This document shows, one piece after another, positions 25,373 through 37,684 of a DNA stretch of 64,000 bases; the first letter of the stretch is position 1; each line of letters opens with the position of its first letter. Made by a program: the position numbers and the translations under genes. The notes under the pieces are model-generated. The model was not told the origin of the DNA. It ran no database searches and saw nothing but the letters and a program-made list of their open reading frames with translations. Source of the stretch: Camelus dromedarius (lineage: Eukaryota); assembly GCF_036321535.1 (NCBI RefSeq), contig NC_087436.1:87050001-87114000 (forward strand), in the 5' to 3' direction.

Positions 25373-26399
25373 ATCATTCTCTTTCTTTTTAAAAGAGTTT
25401 TCTCTCATATGCATGTATACCTAAACACATAGAGTTTAGTTTTGCTTGTTGAGCAATGTATGCATCCAGTTGAGGTTGCTCTTCTTAAGCTGCCTTTTTG
25501 GGAATTAATCCACTTCTGCATGGAGAGTGCAGTTTCTCAGACCCATCTGGGAGCCCTTTGCTTGAAATTTCCTGCAGAGATAGTTTCTCAGCTCCTCAAG
25601 GATCAGTGTTGTTGCTTTACAGCGCGTTTGGTCTGATTCAGCTCTTCCCTGTCACCTCTCTGTTTTCATTCATGTATTCAAGAAACATTTCACGGGTACT
25701 TCTGTGAGCCTGGCAACGTGTCAGACCAGCAGAGAACCAAAGCGCCCCTGCAGCTTGTCACCACCCCTCCCCTCCTGTCTTCCTCCATCATTTGAGCCAT
25801 AACCACAGGTCACAGGCCAGGAGATTCCAGGACATTGAGTAGGATCCAGTGAGCCAAGGGGCCGTGGGATCAGCGTGGGCTGAGAGCCGGAGGGGAGACC
25901 TAGGGAGGGACTTCTGGAAGTGGTCCAGTCCCCATGAGCCCTGTCTCCAGCCCTTTGTGCCTCACCTGGATGTTTCTGGCCCTGATTTTCTTTGTTAGGC
26001 CAGCCTCACTAACACTCTCATCCAAGCACATTTACTTCATTACCTCCACACCTGCAGAGGAGCCCCTGCCTTGTGGTGCACATCAGGGGCTCCACAAGGG
26101 AAGAGGAGATCAGCCCTGGACCACCTGAAGGCTGACAGTGCAGACTATGGGGGGTTGGGGGGTGATGATGGAAGGAGTTAAAATTCACACTAGGTCCTTA
26201 GGTACTTGGTTGATGACACAGATACAACTGCCTGTGTGGTATAACTGTGGAGCCTCAGAAATATGTATATATATATTGCTTTCATTTATATACAATATGA
26301 TATATAATATAAATATAATGAATATAAATAATACATTACATATAATTCATGTGTTCTCAGCCAGCCTCCACATGACCTGTTCACCAAAATAACTGACAT

Positions 26400-27110
26400 T
26401 CTACAGTCCATCTATAAAATAGGCTGACTCCTGCCAAAGCCCTGACCCCCTCAGCGCTCTAAGGCCATCTCCACGTGCCCAGGCACACCTCTTCTTTCTG
26501 GGCGAGTCACATGACTCCCCAGACCAGGATGTTTGCTCCCAAACCTGCTTATGCCAGTCATACCTGTCATTAAGTTGCAAACTTTAATTAAATGTTCTCT
26601 GAAAAAAATGTGAATTCCAAAAAACTTGGTTCCATGAAAACCAAATTGAATGCCTTTGAAAGACTCAGTAAAGATGAGTCACTTTTAAAATGCTTTAGGT
26701 CCGAACAAGGTGATTATGAAAGTTTAAAGGGAAAAAAAACATTAAAATCTAGCAGAATTCTGCTCTCAGATTGTGCTATGGGTGTCTTTAATTTCTTATT
26801 CCACTTTACATGGACTAAAATTGGAAATTATAAATGGTACATAATAACTTTTTTTTTTTTTTAAAGACAGAACTCTAGTCAGCAGATAATACTCAAAGAA
26901 AAGACCTTGGCCTTTTCTCAAAAGATTAGTGGATAAGCAGACATTTATGTTTTAATTTTAAACAAAATTATACATATACTTACATACACAAAAATACATG
27001 TATATGTGATATATATGTGTGGGAGAGAGATCAATTTTTCATGATCTCCGTCTTTAAAGGACTTCTAATCACCTATTGGTCCCAAGCACCTTTGAAAAAG
27101 AGGGCCTCTA
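26400..27110 (+). mobile_element. Tigger (TcMar) DNA transposon fossil with transposase N-terminal remnant
   Basis: ORF 26592-26864 contains MKTKLNAFERLSKDESLLK, resembling the N-terminal HTH of CENP-B/Tigger-type transposases. Downstream actcaaagaaaagaccttgg (LKEKTL) is similar to the 'LKEKA' motif. Degraded. Confidence 0.6.
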
Positions 27111-27153
27111 TTATATATATTACCAGACTGCCCTACTCAAGAGTGGTTTTATA

Positions 27154-27462
27154 AACTCACAGACGTAGAACACAAACTTACGGTTACCCGAGGGAAGAGG
27201 GGCCGGAGGGATAAATTGGGAGTTCAGGATTTGCAGATACACACTACTATATATAAAATAGATAAACAACAAGGTCCTACTGTATAGTGCAGGGAACTAT
27301 ATTTAATACCTTGTGATGGCCTATAATGACTATGAAAAGGAATATACATATGTATAACTGAAACACTATGCTGCACACCAGAAGTTAATACAACATTATA
27401 AACTGACTATACTTCAAATTAAAAAAAAAAAGGAAAAAAAGTTAGATTTTACTTTAAAAAAA
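27154..27462 (+). mobile_element. 5'-truncated L1 3' UTR with poly-A and 15-bp TSD
   Basis: aactcacagacgtagaacacaaacttacggttacc...gggataaattgggagtt...aacaaggtcctactgtatagtgcagggaactat...aactgactatacttcaa plus A tail. TSD AAGAGTGGTTTTATA (27139-27153) / AAGAATGGTTTTATA (27463-27477). Confidence 0.9.
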
Positions 27463-29134
27463 AAGAATGGTTTTATACAGTCAACCTCCCTAGAAGATTT
27501 CAGATATGATACCACTTGCTAAGGTTTACTTGGGCTTTTATTTCGTTTGGTTTTATTTTCATTTGCTAGCCTTTTATTGAGAGCCATGAAAAAGGACTCC
27601 ATCTTTAAAACAATGGTTTGGAAAGAGAAAAGGCAGTGTCAGACCGCTGGATGGATGAGGGAGGTCATGACCTCCCAGCACTCTGCCCTTTCTGGCCACG
27701 TCACACCCCCAAGCCAAGCTTTTCTCTGCCCCAGGAGCCCATGGATGTAGGTCCCCCGCTGCCTGGGGTTTGCTGACAGGCAGGAGGGCAGCGATGCAAA
27801 CTGGAAAATGGGCCTGATGTTCTCAAGCTCTGGGCCAGAAGAAGGATGAGGAGGCCACCGTTGGATAACTTGGGTCCACATAAGAATAGGGCCTCTTGAC
27901 CAGACTCAAAATTCTTGGACCCTAGCTCTTCCCAACCAGAAGTGAGGGGACTTTACAACCGTGAGGAGAGTAACATCACTAAATAGGGAGACATTTCAAA
28001 TCCTATTCCAGCCATGCCCCCTAGATTATCCAGCCCCACAGGTGACATGCTTTATGTGTGACGTGTGTGTGTGCTTGTGCAAGTGCGTGTGCGTGTGTTG
28101 TGTGTGTGTGTGTTGGAAGGCCCTAGATGAAGGCCTACATCAGCTCAAATCCAGACTGAAACTTTGGATACAGCAGACTCTCGATATGAGAAGCTTTATT
28201 TTCCTGACTACCTAAGAAATAAAACCAAACTGGAAGCCAGGTTCTTTTGAAAAGGTTTCCCAAGCCCCAGAAAGGTTCGAGCCTGCTCCAGGAGAGAACC
28301 AAACAGAAGAAGAGCACTAGGCAGAGTAGGAGGCCAGCTTCACTTCAGCCCTCCCAGGACGGTCCCTGAGCTACGCAAGAAATGTGGGTCCCCGCAGCTG
28401 CAAATGTGGGTCCCTGCAGCACACAGAGCCACGGAAACCACTCGTCTCCCTCTGCTCAAGTAAAGGGACTTCGGTAAGTGGAGACGGCTGAGAGAGGGGC
28501 AGGGGAGGGCAGACACGGACACCGGAGCCCTGCTTTGTTGCTCTGACGAGTAACTGGACCCCTGCCCAAGAGATCCCCAAGCCCTCCAAAGAAAGAAATT
28601 GCAGGGGCATGAGTCATCCTCCATTTTAGGCGAACACAGGAGTGCCCTGGGGGACCGGCGGCCTCCCTTATCAAGAAGTAGGCAACTGAAGTACACAGAT
28701 TGTGCTTGGCCCAAGGCTGGGATCAGCTTCTGGTTTATTAACTATTTAACTAAGTGGATTAAATGAGAATTGACTGGAATTGTACACTTAGCGTTCCCTT
28801 ACAAAACATCCTTATCTCATAAGCTGGCTTAATGGAACAGGCTGTCAGGGGCTTATTAGAAGTAACTGAATACAGCACCTGACGGCGCAGAGCTCCGGGC
28901 AGGGTGTGCAGCAGGCCCGCAGCTCCCACACCTTGTGTGGCTACCACAGCTGGCCTGCGGTGTAACTGCAAACCGCACTATTAGCATCTCCCCCAAGGAC
29001 AGGCCCAAGCCTTCCCAAGAAGAAAGGCATTTGCCACTCACTCCGTTTCAAAAGCATTTCTTCGCTGTTAAGGGTGAACTAAGTGCTCTGCTGATCTTTC
29101 ATGCGTGTGGTCTCAGCACATATGAAAGACGTCA

Positions 29135-29465
29135 GAGCCGAGTGGTTAACAGGACCATTCGGAGTTAGACTTCAAGGATTTGAATCTTAGCTTTACTGCT
29201 TACTCCTTGAGTGCCCATGTGTTACTTAACTTCTCTATGGCTCAGTTTCCCTATCTGCAAAATGGGGGCGATAATAGTACCCAGCTCACTGGGTTTCTGT
29301 GGCAATAGTGTCCATGTGTTACTTAACTTCTCTATGGCTCAGTTTCCCTATCTGCAAAATGGGGGCAATAATAGTACCCACCTCACTGGGTTTCTGTGGC
29401 GATTAAATGTGCTAGTATGTTTAAACTTCTTAGAACAGTGCCTCGCATAAGTGATTATATAAGTG
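29135..29465 (+). mobile_element. MIR SINE containing a 97-bp tandem duplication
   Basis: gtggttaa...ggagttagac...tttgaatcttagc...ttacttaacttctctatggctcagtttccctatctgcaaaatggg (twice)...cttagaacagtgcct. Confidence 0.85.
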
Positions 29466-29719
29466 AGCTTTCAGTGATTATAGCTCCTACACAGGACAGA
29501 ATTCATCCCATTTCCTAGCTTTTGCACCCACATCTCCTTTAGCTATTAATTGCAGCATGAATTTGGAATGAGTCTCATTCACAGAGGAGATACTCTGAAT
29601 GGTGGGACGCTGTGTTCACGGAGGAAGTCAGGGCTGTGATCAGAGGGATTTTGAACCCTGACTTTGCTGGAGATGGTGATGTCAACTTGCATGTCCTTTA
29701 TCTTCCCTGATCCACGTTT

Positions 29720-29722
<3 letters not shown>

Positions 29723-29770
<48 letters not shown>
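29723..29770. repeat. (TG)24 microsatellite
   Basis: Perfect repeat read directly from the sequence. Confidence 0.97.
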
Positions 29771-29771
<1 letters not shown>

Positions 29772-30961
29772 CTTCCATTATAAGATTTGGGTAAATGAAT
29801 GTAAATCCTGCTTTTGGTGAAGGTTGATGTAATTATGAAAAATGCTCAGAGATGATAAAAATGAGAGCCCTGGGACCTGGTGTCCCAGAAACATGTACAC
29901 TGTAGAGCACTTGCTTAGAGAATAACAGACACGTCGGAAAGGGTTGATGGTTTGGAGAGAAGTTGCCTTTGTGCAGTTGAACAATTAAGATAATGGATTT
30001 TTTGAGGGGAAAGTTTTACTTTATTTGTAAGTGTAGGACTTTTTTTGTTCCAAAATTTCTGCTGGGTTCACTTGAGTTCAATTTACCTATAATCTATAAT
30101 CATTTCTGTCAAACAACTACAGTTGACCTAACCCTTTGGAATTACACAGCTTTTGCTTAAACTAATTCCAATGAATAATCAGTAATTTCCCTATATAATC
30201 TATAGTTTTAAATAATATATAATCCAGAAGATGATTCTATTCAGCTTAACCTAATGGATAAACACTATAATCCTCACCTTTCAAAAAACTGAACGGGGCC
30301 TTGTGAAAAATTGGATGAACCTTTTTGTTCTATAGAAAATGAGTTACTTTCAATTCATCATTTTAGCCTATTAGCTGAATTGTATTTTAGAAAAACTGAA
30401 ACACTATGCCTGGTATTAGGACTGGTAATGTTTTCTTCTTGTTTTCATGTCTCTTCCAATTTAAAACAGTAGTACATGGTATACAACAGTTAGATACAAT
30501 TGATGTAATTTCCCATATTTTAAATGGCTCAGCCTAAGGGTTTAAGGAAAGGAGTCACATGAATGAGGGAGAAGCCATAACCTTCCAGGATTTCTTCTGC
30601 TTGATTATTGACTAACACGCTGATGTATCTTGGCTGAGCTGCAATGCCAAGGGTAAGCATGGTGTGACGTCAATAGATGCTCTGTATCTGTGCAGCTCAA
30701 CCTCTGTAAGAGTCAGGAGGATGTTATGGTCATGCTCAGAAAATGACACATTTTCTCCTTTCCACAAAGCTCAGCACAGAATTCAGGGGAGTGCACATGA
30801 ACATCCCAGATTCCCTCCATCCACTTCCTCCATCCCCACCACAGTTCACTGAACACAGGGAGGCTTCCTCTCACTGGCTTGACCATATGTTTGATTTTTT
30901 TAATGGCAATTAGCAGGACATTTCTGGAAATCAGGAGATAAAGACTGGTCAGAAAATTTTT

Positions 30962-31712
30962 ATGGTACAATAAGAAAGATACATATTGTCTTTGTCCCCA
31001 GTTCCTAGCACACAGCTCTTAAAACTCTTGGAATCTCCAGAGTGATGAGAGTGTCTTGTATGTTAATGCAATGATTGGTGGAGGGAGGAGTGTGGGGGGG
31101 ATGATAACTTCAAGATGGGGCTAGTTGCCAGAAAAACCAAGGCATGTTTAGAGGACTGGAACTTTCCGCCCTACCTCCCAACCTCAGAGGGAAGAGTGGG
31201 GCTGTAAGATGAATTAATTACCAGTGGCCAATAATGTAATCGATCATGCCTATGTAATGAGGGCTCCATAAAAATCCCTAAACAATCGGGTTCGAAGAGC
31301 CTCTGGGTTGACGAACACATCAAGGTACTGGAGTACCTAGAGAGGGCATGAAAGTCCCACGCTCCTTCCCCCATTCCTTGCCCTCTGCATCTCTTCCACT
31401 TGGCTAAGTTGCATCCCTTGGGATAAACTAGTAGGGTAAGTAGAGTTTCCCTGAGTTCTGTGAGCCGTTCTAGCAAACTGCTGAACCTGAGGCAGGCGTC
31501 ATGGGAGCCTTCATTGATAGGTCTGGAGTGCAGATGACTACCTGGGACTTGCATCTGGCATCTGACGTGGGGGCAGTCTTGTGGGGTCTGCACTAAATCT
31601 CCATAGTCAGGGGCAGAATTGAGTTGAATTGTAGTACACTCAGTTAAGGTCTGGAGAGTTAGAGAATCGGTTGGTAGGGGGAAAATCCCCACACATTTGG
31701 TGTCAGAAGTAT
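30962..31712. mobile_element. MER21-like solo LTR
   Basis: gtctttgtccccagttcctagcacacagctcttaaaactcttggaatctcc...ccagaaaaaccaaggcatg...aatcgatcatgcctatgtaatga...ctccataaaaatccc...ccccacacatttggtgtcagaagt matches the recalled MER21 layout. Confidence 0.75.
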
Positions 31713-31979
31713 TATGATTAAAAACAGTTCAGAATTCTGCCCTCCCTTAAGGAGTTATTATATACAGCAGTCCACAGTTTTGAAGAGTCCGTGTCAACTA
31801 CACACATGCCACCTTGCTGTGTCTGCTGCAGCTGGGTTCCTTGGGATGGCCCAATGCACCTCATTTATTTTTTTTTCCCCGATGCACTTTAGATCCACTC
31901 CATTTTAGTTTGAGCTTGTTTGGGTCTACCTCTACTCCCTGAAAACAACTTCTCTATCAAAATCAACAAGTATCTCCTT

Positions 31980-32697
31980 ACTTCACACCCGCTAGAAAAG
32001 CTACAATCAAGAAAACATGGTAACAAGCGTTGCTGAGGATGCAGAGATATCCCAACCGTCTTACACCGCTGGAAGGAATGTAAAATGGCGCAGTCACTTA
32101 GGAAAATAGGCTGGCAATTCCTCAGAAGGTTAAAGACAGAGTTGCCATGTGACCCAGCAATCCTATTCCTAAATATATACCCAAGAGAAATGAAGATGTA
32201 TGTCTACATAAAAATTTGTACGTGTAAAACTAGAAGCATTATTCATAATAACCAAAATGTGGAAACACCCGAATGTCCATCCACCAATGAATGGCTATAT
32301 AAAATGACTATTAGTCAGCAATAAAAAGAAACAATGTCCTGATGCCTGCTGCAACTTTCAGGATGATCCCCGAAAACATTATGCTAAGTGAGAGAAGCCA
32401 GTCACAAAAGATCGTATAGCCTATGATTACAATTATATGAAATGTCCCGAGTAGGTAAATCTGTAGAAACAGAAAGCAGGCTAGTGGTGCCAGGGCCTGG
32501 GGTAGGGAAAGAAGGGGAGCGCCAGTTAACAGGAATGGAGTTTCTTGTCAAGGTGATAAAAATGTTCTAAAATTGATTATAGTGGTGATGGTTGTACAAC
32601 TGTGTGAATATATTAAAATTACTGAGTTGGACAGTTGAAGTAGGTTAATTGGATAATATATGAATTGCATCTCAATAAAGCTGTTCTGAAAAAAAAG
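31980..32697 (+). mobile_element. L1 (L1MB-type) ORF2 end plus 3' UTR
   Basis: cttcacacccgctag...ggaatgtaaaatggcgcag...gacccagcaatcctattcct...aacattatgctaagtgagagaagccagtcacaaaag...ctcaataaagctgtt plus A-tail. Confidence 0.88.
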
Positions 32698-34041
32698 AAT
32701 ACAGTGTCTGGGTCCAGGCTGCCTGTGTTCAAGTCACCCTGGCAGCTCTGGTGTCCTGAGACAAGGATTTGGGTGCAGGGACTATATTTGAAAGGGCCTT
32801 CCAGGCAACATGGGCAGGGAGTAGGGAAATGAGGCAGGAAGGAAGGAAAGCCAACAGAGGGGGCATTTGTGAGTTATCTTGCGGGTCCGTGGGGCTCAGT
32901 CTTACTGCCCCCCAAAAGGCTATGGAGACCATAATTCGGATTTGTCCCCCAAAGCAATGAGAAAGCTATGTTGTTTCTGAGCGCTGACTTCTCAGCACTT
33001 CCAGCCTGCCCTGCATGAAGGCCAAGCTTCCTTCCAACCAGAGAAAGCCCCATGGCAGGAGGAGAGAGACACAGAGGCCGGGACAGAGGAACACAGAGAC
33101 AGACATGCAGGTCCTTGAGGTAGGGAGCAGACAGAGGTTATAGAACTGTTCCCCAAACCTGCGGGTGACTCGGTCCAGGTGACTGAGCGCATATGGGCTA
33201 AGCATTGACAGTGTCTGTTGACAGGAGTGTTACTTAATCTCTCTGTCCCTCAGCTCTCTCATCCTTGAAGGGAGAAGATAATAGCTCCTATGGCATTGGG
33301 GTGATAATGAGGATTGATGCGTCAATGTATCTGCGATATTCCAACTAGTCAAAAATACTCATCTTGAATCTTTCTCTATTTTTTGATCTTCTGAGTTATC
33401 CACAGTCATTTGTCTTCTGAATGAGCTTCTAACAAGAGAGAGAATGAATCCATCTATTCTAAGTTTCAAAAAGAAATAGAATCATTGCCGAGAACAGTCT
33501 CCTTATTAGGTCCCCTTTGTGTTTTACCAGCTTTGAATGGCTGCCTTTTGAAATACACCATATGCTTTGTTAGCACATTAGACAGATGCCCATCCCAGCA
33601 AGTTCTGTCATTAGAGCAACACTGTGATCTTTCTCATCCTTGCTGTTCTGTTTTATGGAAACTGTTGGTGGGATTCAAGTGAGAGCGGTTCATCACAGTC
33701 CTCTCTTGTATTTTCCTTTGTGTCTCCTCGTATTTTCCCAAAGCTGTGTTCTGAGGATTGTAGACCCTGGGGAGCTTTCTTTTTGTGAAACATCTGCAGT
33801 CTAGGGAATTGAAGCCAGGGGCTGCAATCACGGGCAATTCTGAGTTCTACTTCTGTCAAAGGCATTTACACTCAATACGTTTCATTGCTCATGGGTGACT
33901 GAAACAGCCCAGTTGGTGAACAGCTAGGTAGAAAAAGGGTTAAAAAAAACCCCAAGTATGTTACATGGAGCTCAACCTGTCATGATTAAAACTCAGTTTA
34001 AAGATTTGTTCACCCAAGAAAATATCTCTGGATTGTTTCAG

Positions 34042-34187
34042 GCTGTGACTCTTCAGTTAACCTGACATTTCACAAATCCAAAAGTGCCGTGGATGAACTG
34101 TTTACTTCACTTCGGGATATTGCTGGAGCTCGGAATCTCATGAAACAGTTTAAGTCTGTATATGTTCCTGGAAATCAGACCCACCAG
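34042..34187 (+). CDS. SCFD2: SCFD2 internal coding exon (probably exon 6), 146 bp, phase 1 to 0
   Basis: Acceptor ttgtttcag| at 34041. Translates (x)CDSSVNLTFHKSKSAVDELFTSLRDIAGARNLMKQFKSVYVPGNQTHQ, matching my recollection of the SCFD2 C-terminal region. Ends at CAG|GCAAGT (GC donor) and joins in frame with the next exon. Confidence 0.93.
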
Positions 34188-34940
34188 GCAAGTACATATG
34201 TTTTAAAGTAACCATCTAATCTGTGTTGTGTTTTTAGGACTCAGAGACTAAAAGAAAAGTTTCCATTTTAACCTCTCTACAATGAAGGATTTGTTCAAGA
34301 TGATCTCCAAGTCCCCTTCAGCTCTGGGTCCCCCTAAATCTAAAAGCACCACAATTTCTTTGCACCACAAGCTTGATGCAGTGAGATGAGCACTGGATTG
34401 GGGGGTCAGCGCTGCTGTAGAACTGTACAGACCTGTTCTGTAACCTTAGGCAAGTCTCTAAGTGCCAGATGAGGGGTTGGTCGGAGATGATGCCCAAGTT
34501 TCTGGATCTAAGACTCACAGAATGACCTAATAATGTTATGACAAGGAAAAAAGAAGTCTATGACAGCAAAAACATTTGCTATTTAGAATGTCCCCACCAC
34601 TTTCTAAGAAGAGTAGGGGAACTTTAGAAGGATGTTTGACCAAGGAGTAGGAAGATGGTATGAGAATCCAAGATGGAAGGGATAATTTCTCTATAAAAAC
34701 TGTGTGGGAGGAGGCACAGAAAGGACCAAAGAAAGCCTGAAAGAGTGATCAAGGCTGGAGCCACTGAGGCTAGCAGTCTCTGTTAGATAGGACTCAGGTT
34801 CCTGGTAGACAAAGATGAGCTTTCAAGGAAGAAGAGATGCTTCTGACAGGAAAGATCACTAGGTTTTACTGTGGAGTGAGTAAAGAAATCTCTTCCATCT
34901 CCCCCATGAAATCATCAGTAAAATTCACTCTGTTTGCAGT

Positions 34941-35024
34941 GGGGAGGGTAATATCTCTGTGGCGGAGCACATACTTAGCATGCATGAGGTCCTGGGTTCA
35001 ATCCCCAGTAACTCCATTAAAAAA
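34941..35024 (+). mobile_element. tRNA-derived SINE (short form) with TSD
   Basis: ggggagggta...cttagcatgcatgaggtcctgggttcaatccccagtaactcca plus A-tail. Flanked by aaaattcactctgtttgc / aaaatttactttatttgc. Confidence 0.85.
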
Positions 35025-36275
35025 AAAATTTACTTTATTTGCTAAGGCTTTTTGGAGAGTTGAATGAGCCATTAGTGTGGACTCTGACACAGTGAGGGGT
35101 TCAGCTTCAGGGTGCTGATTCTTTAAAGTGGGTGTGTAGACAAGAACTAAAGTTTCCCACTACAGCCTAGCAAAAATCCAGATTTTTCCTCTGGTAATTT
35201 GTATAGCAGCTGATACTTGAAGAGCACTCCTACATTTAGTTTTTCCTTTGATCCTCACAAGCAAGTCAGAGAGGTATTATTATCCCGAGACCCAGGAAGG
35301 CCACAGTGACTTGCCACAGGCACACAGGTGGCCAGGGCTTGATGCCAGGTCTCTGCTGCCAACACAACCCCTCCTCCCGCGCTGTACCATGGTTCTCACG
35401 GAGGCTCCAGAAGTACTGACTGACGGTGCTGATGGGTATCTGAAGTCACTCACCAAGATACAGAAGGCCTTAGAAGTTGGCACTCAACTTAGTAACATAA
35501 ATTCCCATCCTTTGTTCAATGATCTGAGAACATCGCTAGTATAAAAATACAGATAAAATCGCTCAGATAATCATTTGTAGTTTTGTCATTTAAAAAATTA
35601 CCAGTCTTAAATACTGCAGAATGGACTACTTCTAGAAGACATGATAGAACTGGTGATACATGATGAAATTTAGACCAAAGGATGTCAGGAAGCCAGTGGC
35701 TACATCATTGGCAAAGGGAAAATAAACCACTACAGTAATGTGGTCTTTTCAGTTTTATGATCATCATGGAGATTGATTTGGCCACCTTCACATAAACAAG
35801 AATTAGGTATAAATCGTGGGCATGGTAAGGACAATGATAAGTTTCCTAGATTTGATCTCCCTGCCACCAACACTGTCACTTCTCCAGACCTCAGAACCCC
35901 GTCCTGCAACCATCACCTTTGGAAAATGAGCCTTCCCTTGTTACATATATCCTTCTTACGATGAGTCAGTAACGTCAACATGTTCACTGAAAATCCTAAA
36001 TGTCAGCAAGAGGAAGTGGGAGGAAGGCAAGGAGTTTATGTGTATCTTGGGGAGATTAAATAAATAATGATACAGACAGTGAAATGCTGTGCAACCATGA
36101 AAATGGATGGGATTTAAATATGTTTGGCAGGGACAGTATCTGAATCTTGTCTCAGGCTCTGCTTGGAGAATTCAAACTGAAACAGAGGTTCATGACCTAT
36201 TAGGTGAAAAAATGTTATAGATCACTCTGTAAAATGTTATTCTGCTTTTTGTTTAAAAAAAATAATAATAAAATA

Positions 36276-36362
36276 GGAGAGGTGGGTATAGGTGGGTATA
36301 GCTCAATGGCAGATTGCATGCATGAGGTCCTAGGTTTAACCCCCAGTACCTCCATTTAAAAG
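36276..36362 (+). mobile_element. tRNA-derived SINE, rearranged copy
   Basis: (ggtgggtata)x2 gctcaatggcagattgcatgcatgaggtcctaggtttaacccccagtacctcca. Confidence 0.75.
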
Positions 36363-36599
36363 TAATAACAATAGTAAGTATAAAAGTATATGGGTATGTA
36401 TATTTAATAAGTCTTTAAAATTTTAGGAGAAATTTATAATGGTTACCTTGTGAGGAACAGGAAGGGTTGGATGGACAAGGAGGAACTCTGGCTTCTTGCT
36501 CTATATTTACAAATACAGAGGAAGAGTTTTTGATAGTATTATGGACAATTTTTACCTGTTTGGGTTTTCCAACATTTCTTGAATTTAAAGTGTTCAGTC

Positions 36600-36722
36600 A
36601 CAGCTGTAAGCCCCGTGAGGACAAGGATTTTGAGCTGGCTTGTCCACTGCCATATCCTCAGTGCCTAGAGCGGTATCTTGCACATAGTAGGTGCTTGATA
36701 AATATTTGTTGGATGCATCTTG
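36600..36722 (+). mobile_element. L2 LINE 3' end
   Basis: ctgtaagccccgtgaggacaagga...cagtgcctagagc...cacatagtaggtgcttgataaatatttgttgg. Confidence 0.8.
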
Positions 36723-37550
36723 AATGCACTACGTATATCTTCATCATATATTGAAGGATTTGTTGGTAGAAAAATGTGTATACATAGAAAAAGACAAGTG
36801 TCCAGACTCAAAACAGAGTCCAGCTATGTCTAGCTTTGAAGATGGACCTTGGCTGGGCAACTTTCTGTCCAACCCTTCTCCTAATTTGGTCCTCAGCCCA
36901 GTAGCTCCAGGAAAAAATTGTGTTTTCTCTCTAGCTCCATGCTGTTTCCACACAGAATCTAGTTGGGATGTCCTGGGCTCCCTGGGAAACCTGGGAAGAC
37001 AATAGACCTGGTCTGGCCAGGGGTTCCTGTTCCAACTCTGACCAGTGCTGCATATCTGGGCTCTCTCCTCTGGATCTTGGGGTCCCTCCCAGGGTACCTC
37101 TCTCCTGCTCCAAAGCAAATGAGTTGGCTCTCGGAGCCACTCCTGTTTCTTCTGCTAGCATTAGAGGCACCTCTTATTTAACCTTCATCCTTTAGCCCTT
37201 TAGGAAGAGCTGTGTCAATCACAGCTCAGATGCTGAAAGCAGACATCACTCTTGACATTCTAAGGAGAGCGTGATTTCATACAAGGAATTAAGTACATAT
37301 AAAATTTCATGAAGAGCTGGAGGAATGGGATCTAGACTAGATCTCTAGGAATGAGCCCGGAACGTTACCATACACCTGGCCCTCCAAGGGAACCAGTACC
37401 TCTCCCACAGTCAGGAGAGCAGGAGTGATGGAGTTCATGAGGCTGCCACTGAAGCTCTTGACTTGAAGAACATACCACCAAAGCTGGAGACAGCTTCTGT
37501 GTCTGTTCACCATGGTAAATGCAGAGCTCCACTCAGTGCTTGCCATCCAG

Positions 37551-37599
37551 TAGGTGGGTGGGTAGGTAGGTGGATGGATGGATGGATGGATGGATGGAT
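37551..37599. repeat. (GGGT/AGGT)n-(GGAT)n tetranucleotide repeat
   Basis: Read directly from the sequence. Confidence 0.9.
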
Positions 37600-37684
37600 C
37601 CTGGACTGTGGGTCTTATCCAGAATTGCATTTCTCACATTCTTAATTCTTAGTAAGAGGGATATTAGCACATAGATTAACAGCA

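Larger units (their letters stand above)
1..34041 (+). other. SCFD2: 3' part of a long SCFD2 intron (upstream exon outside window)
   Basis: No SCFD2-like coding sequence seen upstream of 34042. Repeat-rich sequence ending in the acceptor at 34040-34041. Confidence 0.8.

Noticed and set aside
29210..29403. CRISPR-like or other repeat-spacer array
   Set aside because: Only two adjacent copies with no spacer, in eukaryotic MIR sequence. No such arrays or prokaryotic systems appear anywhere in the window.
31171..31692. 173-aa minus-strand ORF
   Set aside because: Lies wholly within a MER21-like LTR; no gag/pol/env motifs.
32085..32324. ORF with L1 ORF2-like peptide
   Set aside because: Degraded L1 fragment, not a gene.
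34192..34213. Canonical GT donors at 34192 and 34208 for the first exon
   Set aside because: They add 4 or 20 nt and break the frame with the next exon. The GC donor at 34188 fits both the consensus and the frame.
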